From: an uncultured Verrucomicrobiae bacterium
GTDB lineage: Bacteria > Verrucomicrobiota > Verrucomicrobiia > Chthoniobacterales > UBA10450
Reading direction: 5' to 3'
NCBI GenBank assembly: GCA_963801815.1
Contig: CAWDGJ010000003.1
Span: forward strand, 512,001-576,000
DNA: 64,000 nt
Part shown: positions 13,149 to 23,839 of the stretch, in pieces
How positions within the stretch are numbered: the first letter of the stretch is position 1
How the letters are laid out: each line of letters begins with the position of its first letter
Position numbers and translations under genes: made by a program
The notes under the pieces: generated by a model
Database searches by the model: none
Seen by the model: only the letters and a program-made list of their open reading frames with translations
What the model was told of the DNA's origin: nothing

Positions 13149-13514
13149 ATGGCGACGTTTAATCGAAAAGCAGCTCGGCAGCGATTGCATCAGCGCATCC
13201 GTAAAAAAGTTTCCGGCACGGCCGCGCGTCCGCGTTTGTCGATCTATTTTTCCGGCAAGCACGTTTACGCGCAGGTCATCGACGACGATGCCGGCAAGAC
13301 TTTGACTGCGGCTTCGACGACGGAGAAGACCGTCCTCGGCAAGAGTAAACCGGGCGCCAATCGCGCCAGCGCCGAGGTTGTCGGCAAAACGATCGCCGAG
13401 CGCGCGCGCGGCAAAAAAATCGAGAACGTGGTATTTGATCGCGGCGGATTTCAATATCACGGCAAAGTGAAAGCACTGGCCGACGCAGCGCGCGAAGGCG
13501 GATTAAAGTTTTAA
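13149..13514 (+). CDS. rplR: 50S ribosomal protein L18
   Basis: RPRLSIY...[27 protein letters not shown]. Confidence 0.98.
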   Translation: MATFNRKAARQRLHQRIRKKVSGTAARPRLSIYFSGKHVYAQVIDDDAGKTLTAASTTEKTVLGKSKPGANRASAEVVGKTIAERARGKKIENVVFDRGGFQYHGKVKALADAAREGGLKF

Positions 13515-13518
13515 ATTC

Positions 13519-14079
13519 ATGGCTCAAGGACCTCCAAACAGACGACAAGACCGCGGCACCGATAAGGCGCCCGCAAAAAAAGGCGACACGACCGAGAAGG
13601 TCGTGTTCATCAATCGTTGCGCCAAAGTCGTGAAAGGCGGCCGTCGTTTCAGCTTTAGCGCGCTGATCGTGGCCGGCGATCACGACGGCACGGTCGGCGT
13701 CGGATTCGGAAAGGCGAACGAAGTCTCGGAAGCGATTCGCAAAGCGTCCGACGCCGCGAAGAAATCGATGGAAAAAGTTTCGCTCCACGAAAACACCATT
13801 CCGCACGAAGCGATCGGCGAATTTGGTGGCGGCCGTGTGCTGTTGCGGCCGGCGTCGCCCGGAACAGGCGTCATCGCCGGCGGCGGCGTGCGAGCGGTGG
13901 TCGAAGCAGTCGGGATTCGCGACGTGCTCGCGAAATCGCTCGGCTCGAGCAATCACGCCAACGTGGTGAAGGCGACGATCGCGGCGCTGCAATCGTTGCG
14001 GCGCAAAGATGAAATTTTGAAGATTCGCGGAATCAAAGGCGGCGATGGAAAAGCGACCGCGGCACAAGCACAGTCATGA
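13519..14079 (+). CDS. rpsE: 30S ribosomal protein S5
   Basis: [31 protein letters not shown]. Confidence 0.98.
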   Translation: MAQGPPNRRQDRGTDKAPAKKGDTTEKVVFINRCAKVVKGGRRFSFSALIVAGDHDGTVGVGFGKANEVSEAIRKASDAAKKSMEKVSLHENTIPHEAIGEFGGGRVLLRPASPGTGVIAGGGVRAVVEAVGIRDVLAKSLGSSNHANVVKATIAALQSLRRKDEILKIRGIKGGDGKATAAQAQS

Positions 14080-14645
14080 TGCGGTTACATAATCTCCGAC
14101 CGCGTCCCGGCTCGCGTCATCGCGTGAAGCGACTCGGTTGCGGCGAAAGCTCCGGTCACGGAAAGACCAGCGGCAAAGGCCACAAGGGCCAGAAAGCGCG
14201 CTCGGGCGGCAGCATTCGGCTCGGATTTGAAGGCGGCCAGATGCCGTTGATCCGACGTTTGCCAAAGCGCGGATTCAACAACGCCGCGTTTCAAAACCAC
14301 TACGCGATCGTAAACTTGAGCGATCTGAGCGAGTTTAAGGCCGGTACCGTCGTGAACGAAGAGCTGCTGCGCGAATCCAAACTCATTCGCGGCAACATCG
14401 CGGGAATAAAGATTCTCGGCGATGGCGAATTGAAACACGCCCTGACGATCGAGGCGGACAAAGTGAGCGAATCGGCCAACGCGAAGATCGAGAAAGCCGG
14501 TGGAACCGTCACGATGCGGGACCGCAGTGCGGAGAAGGCCAAGGCGGAGAGCCGTGACCAAGTGGCGAAGGAGTCCGCCGCACCCGCGCCGAAGAAGAGA
14601 TCGACATCCGCATCGAAGACGCAGAAGAAGACTTCCCGGAAATAG
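14076..14645 (+). CDS. rplO: 50S ribosomal protein L15
   Basis: [18 protein letters not shown]...[17 protein letters not shown]. Confidence 0.98.
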   Translation: MMRLHNLRPRPGSRHRVKRLGCGESSGHGKTSGKGHKGQKARSGGSIRLGFEGGQMPLIRRLPKRGFNNAAFQNHYAIVNLSDLSEFKAGTVVNEELLRESKLIRGNIAGIKILGDGELKHALTIEADKVSESANAKIEKAGGTVTMRDRSAEKAKAESRDQVAKESAAPAPKKRSTSASKTQKKTSRK

Positions 14646-14654
14646 TTTTCGGAA

Positions 14655-16162
14655 ATGGTTTCGGCCTTTCTCAACACGGTCAAAATACCGGAGCTGCGCC
14701 GGCGAATTCTGTTCACGCTCGCCGTGATCGTGATCGTCCGACTGGGCGCGGCCATCACGACTCCAGGCGTTAACCAGGCCGTCTTGCAGGAATGGTTTCG
14801 CAGCGCGTTGACCGAAAAATCCGGCGGCAGTCTCGGCGCTCTTCTGAATCTGTTCAGCGGCGGCGCGCTGGAAAACTGCGCGATCTTTTCGCTCGGCATC
14901 ATGCCTTACATCAGCGCGTCGATCATGATGCAGTTGCTGACGGCGGTGATTCCGCAGCTCGGAAGACTCGCGCGCGAAGACGGCGGCCGGCAGAAGATCA
15001 TGCAATACACGCGGTTCATGACCGTCGGTCTTTGCGTTTTCCAAGGCTACCTGCTCGCGATTTCGTTCCAGCATCCGGAATCGTATCACATCGCGTTGCC
15101 CGGAATCACGGAAACGATCGCGCGGCTGGGAATTCCACTGGTCGACGATCCCGGATGGGTGTTTCGTATCGTGACGGTGATTTCGCTCACCACGGGCACG
15201 CTGTTGCTGATGTGGCTGGGCGATCAAATCACCGAGCGCGGAATCGGCAACGGTATTTCGTTGATCATTACGATCGGCATCGTCGCGCGCTTGCCCGCGG
15301 CGTTGGCACAGGCGTGGAAAACTTTCGTGCCGTCCGCGGCAACCGGGACAAGTCAGGTAAATCCGGCGATTCTGGTGTTGATGGTGGCGTTCTTCTTCAT
15401 CGTGATCGCGGCGTCATCGCGATCACGCAGGCCGTGCGAAAGATCACCGTGCAGTACGCCAAGCGCGTCGTCGGCCGGAAGCTGTATGGCGGCCAGACGC
15501 AATACATGCCGTTGAAGGTGAATTACGCGGGCGTCATGCCGATCATCTTCGCGTGGGCGCTCTTGTTGTTCCCCAATCAGATCGTGAGCTGGGCTTTCCG
15601 AACAGCCCGACCGCCGCGCCAGATTTCGGAAATGCTGTCCACCGGTTGGCTGCATTACGTGGTTCTGGCGGCGATGATTTTCTTCTTCAGCTATTTCTGG
15701 GTCGCGACGCAGTTCCAGCCGTCGCAGATTGCGGACGATCTGAAAAAATACGGCGGCTACATTCCGGGCGTGCGTCCGGGCAAACCGACTGCGGATTTTC
15801 TCGATTTCACGATGACGCGACTGACCTTTGCGGGCGCGATTTTCTTGACGATGATTGCCATTCTTCCCAGTTTGTTGAGTCAGAGTCTGCATGTTCCACA
15901 AGTGACCGCGCAATTTTTCGGCGGCACCAGCTTGCTGATTATCGTGGGCGTGATTCTCGACACGATGCGCCAGGTAGAGACGCATCTGATCCAGCGGCAT
16001 TACGACGGCTTCTTGCGCAAAGGTCGCGTGCGCGGAGGCTTTACCGGTCGGTCGGCGTATGCGCGCGGCGAAGCGGCGGCGCAGGGTACACTGATGTGGC
16101 TTTATGTCGGCATCGCCATCCTTGTAATTGGCGGGGTTGCCGCGTTTTTGGCGTCGAAGTGA
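14655..16162 (+). CDS. secY: Preprotein translocase SecY (frameshift near 15410) with C-terminal hydrophobic extension
   Basis: FSLGIMPYISASI; WLGDQITERGIGNGISL; GYIPGVRPG; FGGTSLLI. Confidence 0.97.
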
Positions 16163-16818
16163 AGCGGCGACTCGTTCTACTCGGCGCTCCCGGTTCCGGA
16201 AAAGGAACTCAGGCGGAAATGATCACCCGTCAATTCGGAATTCCGGTTACTTCGCCCGGAGCGATTCTGCGCCGCGAAAAAGATTTGGACACACCGCTCG
16301 GCCTGGGGACGGCGGAGATCCTGCAGCGCGGCGACCTCGTGCCTGACAAAATTATCGTGAAGCTGATTGAAGACTGGCTGCACTTGCACGGTGGTTACGG
16401 ATTTGTGTTCGACGGATTTCCGCGGACGTTGCCGCAGGCGGAAAGTCTCGCGTCGATTTTGAAAAGCCTGAAGACTTCGTTAGAGGCCGCGATCTGGCTC
16501 GACGTATCGGAAGACACGGTGCGTTCGCGAATTTCCGGCCGTCTGCAATGCCGTACCTGCGGATTTACGACGAGCGTGGACAGCGCTCAGTTTGCTGATC
16601 GGCCGATATGTCCGTATTGCGAGGGCCGTCTCGAACGCCGCAGCGACGATGACGATGGAGTGCTGCAACAGCGCTTGCGTGAATACAATACCAAGACGCA
16701 GCCGTTGGCGGATTATTACGGAAAAGTGTCGATCCTGCGGAAAATTGATGGCAATCGCGACCGGGAAGCGGTGTTTGCCGATATATCGCGCATCATCGAG
16801 GACAAGGTAGCGGCATGA
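16159..16818 (+). CDS. adk: Adenylate kinase with Cys4 (Zn) LID
   Basis: LLGAPGSGKGTQA; FDGFPRT; CRTC...CPYC; R.DD; position after secY. Confidence 0.92.
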   Translation: MKRRLVLLGAPGSGKGTQAEMITRQFGIPVTSPGAILRREKDLDTPLGLGTAEILQRGDLVPDKIIVKLIEDWLHLHGGYGFVFDGFPRTLPQAESLASILKSLKTSLEAAIWLDVSEDTVRSRISGRLQCRTCGFTTSVDSAQFADRPICPYCEGRLERRSDDDDGVLQQRLREYNTKTQPLADYYGKVSILRKIDGNRDREAVFADISRIIEDKVAA

Positions 16819-17591
16819 TTCCAATCAAGAACGCGAAGGAAATCGAGAAGATGCGGCAATCATGCCGGACTGCGAGCGAGATTCTCGATCGCGTGAGCGA
16901 GTTGATTCGTCCGGGGATCACCACCAAGGAAGTGGATGAAGCTGCGGCCGATTTCATGAACGAAGCGAAAGTGAAGAGCGCGTTTCTCGGCTATCGACTC
17001 GGCCATCGCGTTTTCCCCGGAAACATCTGCATTTCACTGAATGACGAAGTCGTGCACGGAATCGGCAGCCAGCGGCGGATCCAGTATGGCGACATCGTCA
17101 AGCTCGACATCGGCGTGATCCAGGATGGTTGGGTGGGGGACACCGCTCAAACCATTCCCGTCGGAATGGTCGATGAACGCACCGACCAATTGCTGCGCGT
17201 GACGGAGAAAGCGCTGGAGCGCGCGATCAGTGTGGCCAGTGAAGGCCGGCGTCTGGGCGACATTTGCGCGGAGATTGAAGATGAAGCGTCGCAAAATCGG
17301 TTTTCGGTGGTGCGCGAATTTGTTGGCCACGGCGTGGGCCGCAAATTGCACGAGGAACCGCAGATCCCGAACTACGGGCGACGCGGCAGCGGTCCGAAAT
17401 TGAAAGCCGGCATGACGCTCGCGATCGAACCGATGATCAATATCGGCGGACCGGATGTCCGCCTGCTCGATGACGGCTGGACCGTGCGCACGGCTGACGG
17501 AACTCGGTCGGCCCATTTCGAACATACGGTCCTGATTACCAAGGATGAGCCCGAAATCCTGACATGGCGCGGAAAGACGCAATTGAAGTAG
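16815..17591 (+). CDS. map: Methionine aminopeptidase type I
   Basis: [41 protein letters not shown]. Confidence 0.97.
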   Translation: MIPIKNAKEIEKMRQSCRTASEILDRVSELIRPGITTKEVDEAAADFMNEAKVKSAFLGYRLGHRVFPGNICISLNDEVVHGIGSQRRIQYGDIVKLDIGVIQDGWVGDTAQTIPVGMVDERTDQLLRVTEKALERAISVASEGRRLGDICAEIEDEASQNRFSVVREFVGHGVGRKLHEEPQIPNYGRRGSGPKLKAGMTLAIEPMINIGGPDVRLLDDGWTVRTADGTRSAHFEHTVLITKDEPEILTWRGKTQLK

Positions 17592-17782
17592 AAGGCACTG
17601 TCGTCGAGCTGCTTCCGAATACCATGTTTCGGGTCGAGCTGCCGAATGGCCACCGGGTCCTGGCCCACATTTCGGGCAAAATGCGCCTCCATTTCATTCG
17701 TATCTTGCCAGGCGACAAAGTTATGCTAGAGGTATCTCCCTACGATTTGTCGAAGGGGCGGATCACCTTCCGCCAGAAGTGA
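17564..17782 (+). CDS. infA: Translation initiation factor IF-1
   Basis: [20 protein letters not shown]...[13 protein letters not shown]. Confidence 0.98.
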   Translation: MARKDAIEVEGTVVELLPNTMFRVELPNGHRVLAHISGKMRLHFIRILPGDKVMLEVSPYDLSKGRITFRQK

Positions 17783-17783
17783 C

Positions 17784-17809
17784 AACGCGGATATGGCTCC
17801 GCGTTTTTT
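17784..17809 (+). terminator. Intrinsic-terminator-like hairpin between infA and rpmJ
   Basis: AACGCGGA-TATGGC-TCCGCGTT-TTTT. Confidence 0.5.
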
Positions 17810-17821
17810 GTTTCGACCAAA

Positions 17822-17935
17822 ATGAAAGTACGACCCTCAGTTAAAAGACTTTGTGAAAGTTGTAAAATCGTGAAGCGCAAGAATGTGGTTCGCGTGATTT
17901 GCAAGAATCCGCGTCACAAACAGCGCCAGGGATAA
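17822..17935 (+). CDS. rpmJ: 50S ribosomal protein L36 (Zn-ribbon type)
   Basis: [37 protein letters not shown], read manually because it is below the ORF-track cutoff. Confidence 0.97.
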   Translation: MKVRPSVKRLCESCKIVKRKNVVRVICKNPRHKQRQG

Positions 17936-17972
17936 GAGCAGTGACGTGTAACAAGTGACAAGAATTTAGAAT

Positions 17973-18368
17973 ATGCCGAGACTACTAGGAGTTGAAATTC
18001 CAGCGGATAAGCGCATCGAAGCGTCGCTGACCTACATTTACGGGATCGGTTTCAGCACCGCGCGGAAAATTCTGGAGCAGACAAACATCGATCCGAATCT
18101 GCGCGCCAACAAACTGACGCCGCAGCAGATCAACGAAATCATTCACGCGATCACGAACAACAAACTCAAGATCGAGGGCGATCTTCGCCGCGACATCCAG
18201 GGAAATCTAAAGCGGTTGCAGGCGATCAATTGTTATCGCGGTCAACGTCATCGTCGCGGATTGCCCGTGCGAGGCCAGCGAACGTCGACCAACGCGCGCA
18301 CGCGTAAGGGTCCGCGCAAGACCGTCGGCGTGATCCGCAATCCGGAAGCTAAAGCAGGAAAAGTTTAA
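17973..18368 (+). CDS. rpsM: 30S ribosomal protein S13
   Basis: [31 protein letters not shown]. Confidence 0.98.
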   Translation: MPRLLGVEIPADKRIEASLTYIYGIGFSTARKILEQTNIDPNLRANKLTPQQINEIIHAITNNKLKIEGDLRRDIQGNLKRLQAINCYRGQRHRRGLPVRGQRTSTNARTRKGPRKTVGVIRNPEAKAGKV

Positions 18369-18370
18369 AA

Positions 18371-19018
18371 ATGGCCGAACACAAGAAACCAGCGAAGGCG
18401 AAGGACGAGAAGCCGAAGGCGGCGAAAGAGGAAAAGCCGAAGCAGGCGAAGCCCGAAGAACACACTCCGGCTGCTGAAGCAAAGACAGAACAAACCGCCG
18501 CGCCGGCTACCGAGAGTCAAGCTCCGGTCGCGGCGGAAGCGAAGCCAGCCAAGAAACCGGCGAAGCCGGCTAAGTCGGAAACTCCGGCAGCTGCCGCGCC
18601 TCGCGAAAATCTTTCACTCGACGCGGACGACGTCGAGAAACCGAAAATCGTTAAGGCAAAAGGTGCAAAGAACATCCACACCGGCATCGCCCACGTTTTC
18701 GCGACTTTTAACAACACGATCGTCACGATCACCGATTTGAACGGAAACGTGATTGGCTGGTCGAGCGCGGGCAAAGTTGGATTCAAAGGCTCGCGCAAAA
18801 GCACGGCCTACGCGGCGCAGCTCGTCGCGCAGGACGCGTCGCGGCAGGCGATGGGTCACGGACTTAAGGAAGTTGAGGTTCTTGTGAAAGGACCAGGCGC
18901 CGGACGCGAATCAGCTGTTCGCGCCCTTCAGGCGATTGGTCTCGATCTCACTCTGATTCGCGACGTCACGCCGGTTCCGCACAATGGTTGCCGCCCACCG
19001 AAACAACGCCGGGTCTAA
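18371..19018 (+). CDS. rpsK: 30S ribosomal protein S11 with long K/A/P/E-rich N-terminal extension
   Basis: [12 protein letters not shown]...[13 protein letters not shown]...[14 protein letters not shown]. Confidence 0.97.
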   Translation: MAEHKKPAKAKDEKPKAAKEEKPKQAKPEEHTPAAEAKTEQTAAPATESQAPVAAEAKPAKKPAKPAKSETPAAAAPRENLSLDADDVEKPKIVKAKGAKNIHTGIAHVFATFNNTIVTITDLNGNVIGWSSAGKVGFKGSRKSTAYAAQLVAQDASRQAMGHGLKEVEVLVKGPGAGRESAVRALQAIGLDLTLIRDVTPVPHNGCRPPKQRRV

Positions 19019-19047
19019 ATTGTTTTCTACTTTCTAATTTTCTTCAC

Positions 19048-19659
19048 ATGGGCAGATATACTGGACCGAAAACAAAAGTCAGCCGCCGTTACGGCGTGCA
19101 GATTTTTGGACCATCGAAATCGCTCGAGCGGAAAAATTATCCGCCGGGGATGCATGGGCCAAAAGGCTCGCGTCGCAAGCAATCGGAATACGCCATCGCT
19201 CTCGGCGAGAAACAGAAGCTTCGTTATCAATACGGTCTGCTCGAGCGCCAGTTCCGTCGGATTTTCCAGCACGCTCTGCGCAAACGCGGCGTGACCGGTG
19301 AAACGTTGCTTCAACTGCTCGAAACGCGGCTCGACAACGTGATTTACCGGCTTGGGTTCGCCAATACGCGCAATGCCGCGCGCCAGCTCGTCTCGCACGG
19401 TCACGTCCAGGTCAACGGCCGCGGCGTCAACGTTGCCTCCTACAACGTGAAAGCCGGCGACGAGGTCGCGATCAAGGACAAACCTAAATCGCGGCAGCTT
19501 GCGGTCCGCAATCTTGAGCTCACCCAAATTGTTCCGGTTCCGGATTGGCTGACCGTTGATCGCGACGGGCTCAAAGGAAAAGTTGCCCACATTCCGTCGC
19601 GCGAAGAAATGCAACCGATCGTCAACGAACAGTTGATCGTCGAGTTGTACTCGCGGTAA
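19048..19659 (+). CDS. rpsD: 30S ribosomal protein S4
   Basis: MGRYTGPK; LETRLDNVIYRLG...ARQLVSHGH; EQLIVELYSR. Confidence 0.98.
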   Translation: MGRYTGPKTKVSRRYGVQIFGPSKSLERKNYPPGMHGPKGSRRKQSEYAIALGEKQKLRYQYGLLERQFRRIFQHALRKRGVTGETLLQLLETRLDNVIYRLGFANTRNAARQLVSHGHVQVNGRGVNVASYNVKAGDEVAIKDKPKSRQLAVRNLELTQIVPVPDWLTVDRDGLKGKVAHIPSREEMQPIVNEQLIVELYSR

Positions 19660-19677
19660 GCGAGCATCCTAATCGTC

Positions 19678-19923
19678 TTAGGAATGTGACGGCGAGCATC
19701 CCTCCAGCAATTCGAGGGCTTTGTCGTAGCTCTTGCGCTGGAGAAAATGGGCGAGCTCTGGGTCAATCGGTTTTGGCAGGGCGGCGGCGAGATTGTCGAT
19801 CTTCTCTGAAACGGTGCGAAGTCGCGCCATGTGCTTTTCTGGATCGCTACGGCTGTTATCATCGCGAATGATGGCGAGTCGTTCGCGAAGTGCAGCGACG
19901 AGTTCAGAAGTCGTGTGTTGCAT
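19678..19923 (-). CDS. Small hypothetical helical protein (81 aa)
   Basis: MQHTTSELVAALRERL...LAHFLQRKSYDKALELL; ATG preceded by AGGAAGAG. Confidence 0.65.
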   Translation of the reverse strand: MQHTTSELVAALRERLAIIRDDNSRSDPEKHMARLRTVSEKIDNLAAALPKPIDPELAHFLQRKSYDKALELLEGCSPSHS

Positions 19924-20070
19924 GCTCTTCCTAACCAGGAATGGTGAGTCTACATGAATAAACTTTAGTCGCCCCACGCTGTCGAGGGGCTGTTCCTTTT
20001 CACGGCGAGGGAGCGGTCGTAGCAACAAATCGTTCGTGTTCATTCGTAAATTCGTGGTTAAATCTCGGGC

Positions 20071-20490
20071 GTGGCGGTTGAGGCCAAACGATTCCTGATG
20101 GTCGATGACGACGTCGCGCTGCTGCGGGTCGTGCGCGAAGCGTTGCTGGCGACGTTGAATTGCGAAGTCGATACTTCGCCCCAACCGGAGTACGGCTTTG
20201 AGCTCGCGTTGAGGAAAAAATACGACCTGTTCATCTTCGATTTCCAAATGCCGATGATCGATGGAGCAATGTTATTCTTCCTTCTCGGCAAGGTTTATCA
20301 AAACATCGAACCGATCCGGGACGTGCCGCCGCTGATTCTCGTTTCCGGTAAAGCCGAAGAAAAACGCGCGCAGGAATTACTTAAAGAGCCGGGCGTGGCC
20401 GGGTTGATCGCAAAACCGTTCGCGATCAACCGGCTGGTGGACAAAATCAAAGAGTGTTTGCCGGGCACCCAATTCTCGACCCCGGTATAG
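20071..20490 (+). CDS. Single-domain response regulator (REC)
   Basis: LMVDDD...DLFIFDFQMPMIDG...ILVSG...IAKPF. Confidence 0.92.
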   Translation: MAVEAKRFLMVDDDVALLRVVREALLATLNCEVDTSPQPEYGFELALRKKYDLFIFDFQMPMIDGAMLFFLLGKVYQNIEPIRDVPPLILVSGKAEEKRAQELLKEPGVAGLIAKPFAINRLVDKIKECLPGTQFSTPV

Positions 20491-20531
20491 GCGGACCTAA
20501 GATTCTAAAGGGACCCACCGCTGCTGCAGCT

Positions 20532-20831
20532 TTAGTGGCGAATTTCCGCCAGGAGCTGTCGTTTCGCTTCGAGCCAGTCTGAATTTGCGTCGCCGGGCAG
20601 ATCGAATCGGCGCCGGCGCTCGGAAATGAAATAGGCGCGCATCTCGATTTGCGCATCGGTTGGATCGAACCCACTTGCGGGTACTGGCGCCCCCTGCGCT
20701 TCAGTTTTGCCACCAGCAGGTTTCTTTGGCACCATAGCCTTTTTCGCCTTGGCGGGTCTCGATTTTCCGCCTGCCTTTACTTTGCTTACTTTGCCGGCCG
20801 CCGCCGCGTCGACCTTGCTTTTCTTTGCCAC
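20532..20831 (-). CDS. DUF2934-like protein with Lys/Ala-rich N-terminus
   Basis: PTDAQIEMRAYFISERR...GDANSDWLEAKRQL motif. Confidence 0.8.
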   Translation of the reverse strand: MAKKSKVDAAAAGKVSKVKAGGKSRPAKAKKAMVPKKPAGGKTEAQGAPVPASGFDPTDAQIEMRAYFISERRRRFDLPGDANSDWLEAKRQLLAEIRH

Positions 20832-20936
20832 AACTCAAAATCCTCCCTGAATTACGCTTTAGCGAAGGCAGTTAGATTGACAAGTGGTTTGTCGAACGCA
20901 CTTGGCGAGAACGCTAATTTTCAATACCTTCGTCTC

Positions 20937-21353
20937 ATGCGGCATTTCGTCTTTCGCTGGTTCATCACTGCCTTCGCTGTCTTCGTGGCAGCGAACATTG
21001 TGGGGATGGGTTACACAGGAATCGGTTGCCTGCTGGGCGCCTCGCTCCTGCTCGGAATCATCAACGCGTTTGTCAGGCCGATTCTGCTCTTCCTCAGTAT
21101 TCCGTTCATCCTGGTGACGCTGGGCTTTTTCATTTTGATCATCAACGCGCTGATGCTGAAGCTGGTCAGCGAAATAGTGCCTTGTTTTCAAGTGCACGGT
21201 TTTTGGCGCGCAATATTTGGCGCGATCATCATCTCGTTCGTCAGCTGGCTGCTCAGCGCGTTTTTCCGCGGTAGCGACGGACGGGTGCATGTTTTAACGC
21301 ATCACAGTCAGATTAAACAGGTTCGGGGCCGTGTAATTGAACCCGGCGAATAA
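20937..21353 (+). CDS. 4-TM phage-holin-like / YvlD (DUF360) family membrane protein
   Basis: LLGIINAFVRPILLFLSIPFILVTLGFFILIINALML. Confidence 0.85.
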   Translation: MRHFVFRWFITAFAVFVAANIVGMGYTGIGCLLGASLLLGIINAFVRPILLFLSIPFILVTLGFFILIINALMLKLVSEIVPCFQVHGFWRAIFGAIIISFVSWLLSAFFRGSDGRVHVLTHHSQIKQVRGRVIEPGE

Positions 21354-21360
21354 GGCGGGG

Positions 21361-22026
21361 ATGTTCGGCGGCAAGTTGACATCGAGCGACCGTCTTTTCG
21401 TCAAAATCTGCGGGATCACAACCGAGCTGGACGCTCTGGCCGCAGTTGAAGCCGGCGCCGATGCTCTGGGATTCAACCTGGTCCGCAAGAGTAAGCGCTA
21501 CATCGACCTCGAGAAGGCGAGCGATTGGATCGGCAAGCTGCCGTCAGGCGTGTGCAAGGTTGCGATCCTGCTGGACCCGAACTGGGAAGACGCCCGGCGG
21601 ATCGCGCGACTCCCTTTTATTGACGCGTTGCAGTTGCACGGAAATGAGTCGCCGGAGTTCTGTCGGCGATTGGGCCGCGCTGGAATTAGCTTCGCCAAAG
21701 CGGTACCAGTGGAAGACTCGAGCTCGCTAGCGGACGTGCCTGACTTTTCGACCGATACATTAATCTTGGATTCCAGCTCGGGCGGCGAATTCGGGGGAAC
21801 GGGACGCGTATTTCCGTGGAAACTGGCGCGTGACTTTGTGCTCGATGATCCAGATCTCAATATCGTGCTCGCCGGTGGGTTAAATCCCGGGAATGTGGCG
21901 GAGGCTGTGAATGCGGTCGGTCCGCGCGGCGTGGATGTGACCAGCGGGGTAGAAGCCTCCCCGGGTCGGAAAGACCACCGCTTAGTGAAAGCGTTCGTCA
22001 AAGCGGCCCGCCGCCTGGGAGCCTAA
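21361..22026 (+). CDS. trpF: Phosphoribosylanthranilate isomerase (start uncertain)
   Basis: VKICGIT; LQLHGNESP; FGGTG; LAGGLNPGNV; GVDVTSGVE. Confidence 0.95.
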   Translation: MFGGKLTSSDRLFVKICGITTELDALAAVEAGADALGFNLVRKSKRYIDLEKASDWIGKLPSGVCKVAILLDPNWEDARRIARLPFIDALQLHGNESPEFCRRLGRAGISFAKAVPVEDSSSLADVPDFSTDTLILDSSSGGEFGGTGRVFPWKLARDFVLDDPDLNIVLAGGLNPGNVAEAVNAVGPRGVDVTSGVEASPGRKDHRLVKAFVKAARRLGA

Positions 22027-22138
22027 ACCGGCTTTGCCGGTCCGGCCGACTGCACGGCTAGCTTGTCTTAAAGTTCCGAGGGGCTGGTCTGCTTCCTGCT
22101 TTTATCGCGGCAGCACTTATCTGACTTCCACAAACACT

Positions 22139-23839
22139 ATGGCCACTTCTTTTAAGCAACGGGGATGCGTCGCGGCGGCGGCGTTTCTGACCGCGCTTTC
22201 CATGTCACAGGCGCAAACGAATCCAGCTCCCGCCGCAGGATCTCCGGCGCCAGATCAATCCAACTCCGCTGACAAATCTTCGATGTTGCTCGTGCAGGCT
22301 CCGGTCCAGGCTGCCAGCCCTGCGCCAAAACCGGGCACCACCGCAACGCAAGCGCCGGGCTCGACGGAGGCCGACGAAAACATTGAAGGCGGCGGTGTCG
22401 GTGTTCGTGAATTTCAAGGCGACGACGTCGGTCAAGTGCTCCGACTGCTCGCCCGCCAAGCCAAGGTCAACATGGTAGTGAGTGATGCTGTTGCAGGCAC
22501 GGTCACAATGCGTTTGGAAGATGTGACCGCGCTTCAAGCGATTTCGATCATTGTCAAAGCCAAGGGGCTATTCATGGACAAGCTCGAGAACGTTTACTAT
22601 ATCAAGACCGCACAGGAACGCACGGCCGAGCCAACAGAAACCGACAGCTATCAGTTTAGCTATGCCCGGGCAAAAGATGTGTCCTCGTTAGTTACTTCAC
22701 AGCTGCAGAGCAAAGACCCGCCCCAGATTGATGAACGGACGAACACCATGTTCTACCGTGAAACTCGAAGTAACATCGACAACATTCGCAAAGTTCTTTT
22801 GCAAATCGATAAGCCGACGAGGCAGGTGATGATTGAAGCGCGGCTCGTGGAAGTGACTGCTGATCCAGTGCAAGCTTACGGAATCAACTGGGCTGGGACA
22901 GTCGGCAGCGCGTCTGCCCCGAAGACAATCACTTATGGTAACCCGATTGCGTCAGGCAGCCCGGTGCCCGGTGGGAATGTGCCGACCGGCGGCTTTGGAC
23001 TAGGCAATCCGAACAATAACAATTTCTTCGGCAGCCTTGGTCAATTGATCCCTGGCCAATTCGCTATTCTGTCGGTCCCACAATTCTCGGCGACGCTGGC
23101 GGCGCTAAATGAAGATGCCGACGCCGAGTTCCTGGCTAACCCACGTGTGGTCACCGCAGACAATCAACAGGCGAAGATTGAAGTAATTCGCAATCAGCCG
23201 GTACCACAGCTGAATTTCAACGAACAAACCGCAACTGCCGTATTCGGCGGATTTCAGGACAAAACGTTTGGTAACACATTGATCGTCCGCCCTTCCATCA
23301 ATAAGGACAACTACATCACGCTAGCGGTGAAACCGGAAATTAGTAACAAGGTGGGCGATTTTCACTTCACCTTTAATGGCGCCGACGTCACAAGCCCGAT
23401 TATCGACAAGCGCACACTGGACTCTAACGTGCTCATTAGGAGCGGCGACACGCTTGCGCTTGGCGGTCTGATTTCCGATCAGGCGGCGAAAGCCCGAACG
23501 AAGGTTCCCGTTCTGGGTGACATTCCGGTGCTGGGCTACGCGTTTCAGAGCCACGACAATGAACGCCACAAACGCAATTTGCTGATATTTGTAACGCCAA
23601 CCATTATTGATCAGCGCTATGGCACCGGCTTGGAAGACCAGGTCGCCGGTTTGCATCACGTGGGCGAGGAGTACGCCGATCCGAACGGCTGGCGGAACAA
23701 TGCTAAAGGAGCGGTCCGTTTAGTCCCAACTTCAAATCGTCAGCTCGCTGCCGATTATGCCAAGCCAGGAGCACCGCCAGCCCCCGAAGAAGCGACGCAG
23801 GTGCAGTTCCATAGCGACGTTAAAGACCGCGACGAATAA
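22139..23839 (+). CDS. Secretin (PilQ/GspD family) outer-membrane channel
   Basis: IDKPTRQVMIEARLVEV; ANPRVVTADNQQAKI; KVPVLGDIPVLGYAF; LLIFVTPTII. Confidence 0.92.
   Translation: MATSFKQRGCVAAAAFLTALSMSQAQTNPAPAAGSPAPDQSNSADKSSMLLVQAPVQAASPAPKPGTTATQAPGSTEADENIEGGGVGVREFQGDDVGQVLRLLARQAKVNMVVSDAVAGTVTMRLEDVTALQAISIIVKAKGLFMDKLENVYYIKTAQERTAEPTETDSYQFSYARAKDVSSLVTSQLQSKDPPQIDERTNTMFYRETRSNIDNIRKVLLQIDKPTRQVMIEARLVEVTADPVQAYGINWAGTVGSASAPKTITYGNPIASGSPVPGGNVPTGGFGLGNPNNNNFFGSLGQLIPGQFAILSVPQFSATLAALNEDADAEFLANPRVVTADNQQAKIEVIRNQPVPQLNFNEQTATAVFGGFQDKTFGNTLIVRPSINKDNYITLAVKPEISNKVGDFHFTFNGADVTSPIIDKRTLDSNVLIRSGDTLALGGLISDQAAKARTKVPVLGDIPVLGYAFQSHDNERHKRNLLIFVTPTIIDQRYGTGLEDQVAGLHHVGEEYADPNGWRNNAKGAVRLVPTSNRQLAADYAKPGAPPAPEEATQVQFHSDVKDRDE

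Noticed and set aside
14085..15227. Long antisense ORFs (e.g. 14085-15227, 8850-9887, 31306-32343)
   Set aside because: They are shadows of high-GC coding genes on the opposite strand and have no recognisable motifs.
19930..20060. Possible riboswitch or ncRNA between the small hypothetical gene and the response regulator
   Set aside because: There is some pairing potential and a short TTCGTG-type repeat, but no motif I can recognise. An Rfam scan would be needed.
20937..21353. Prophage suggested by the holin-like gene
   Set aside because: This family is commonly chromosomal, and there are no integrase, capsid or terminase genes nearby.
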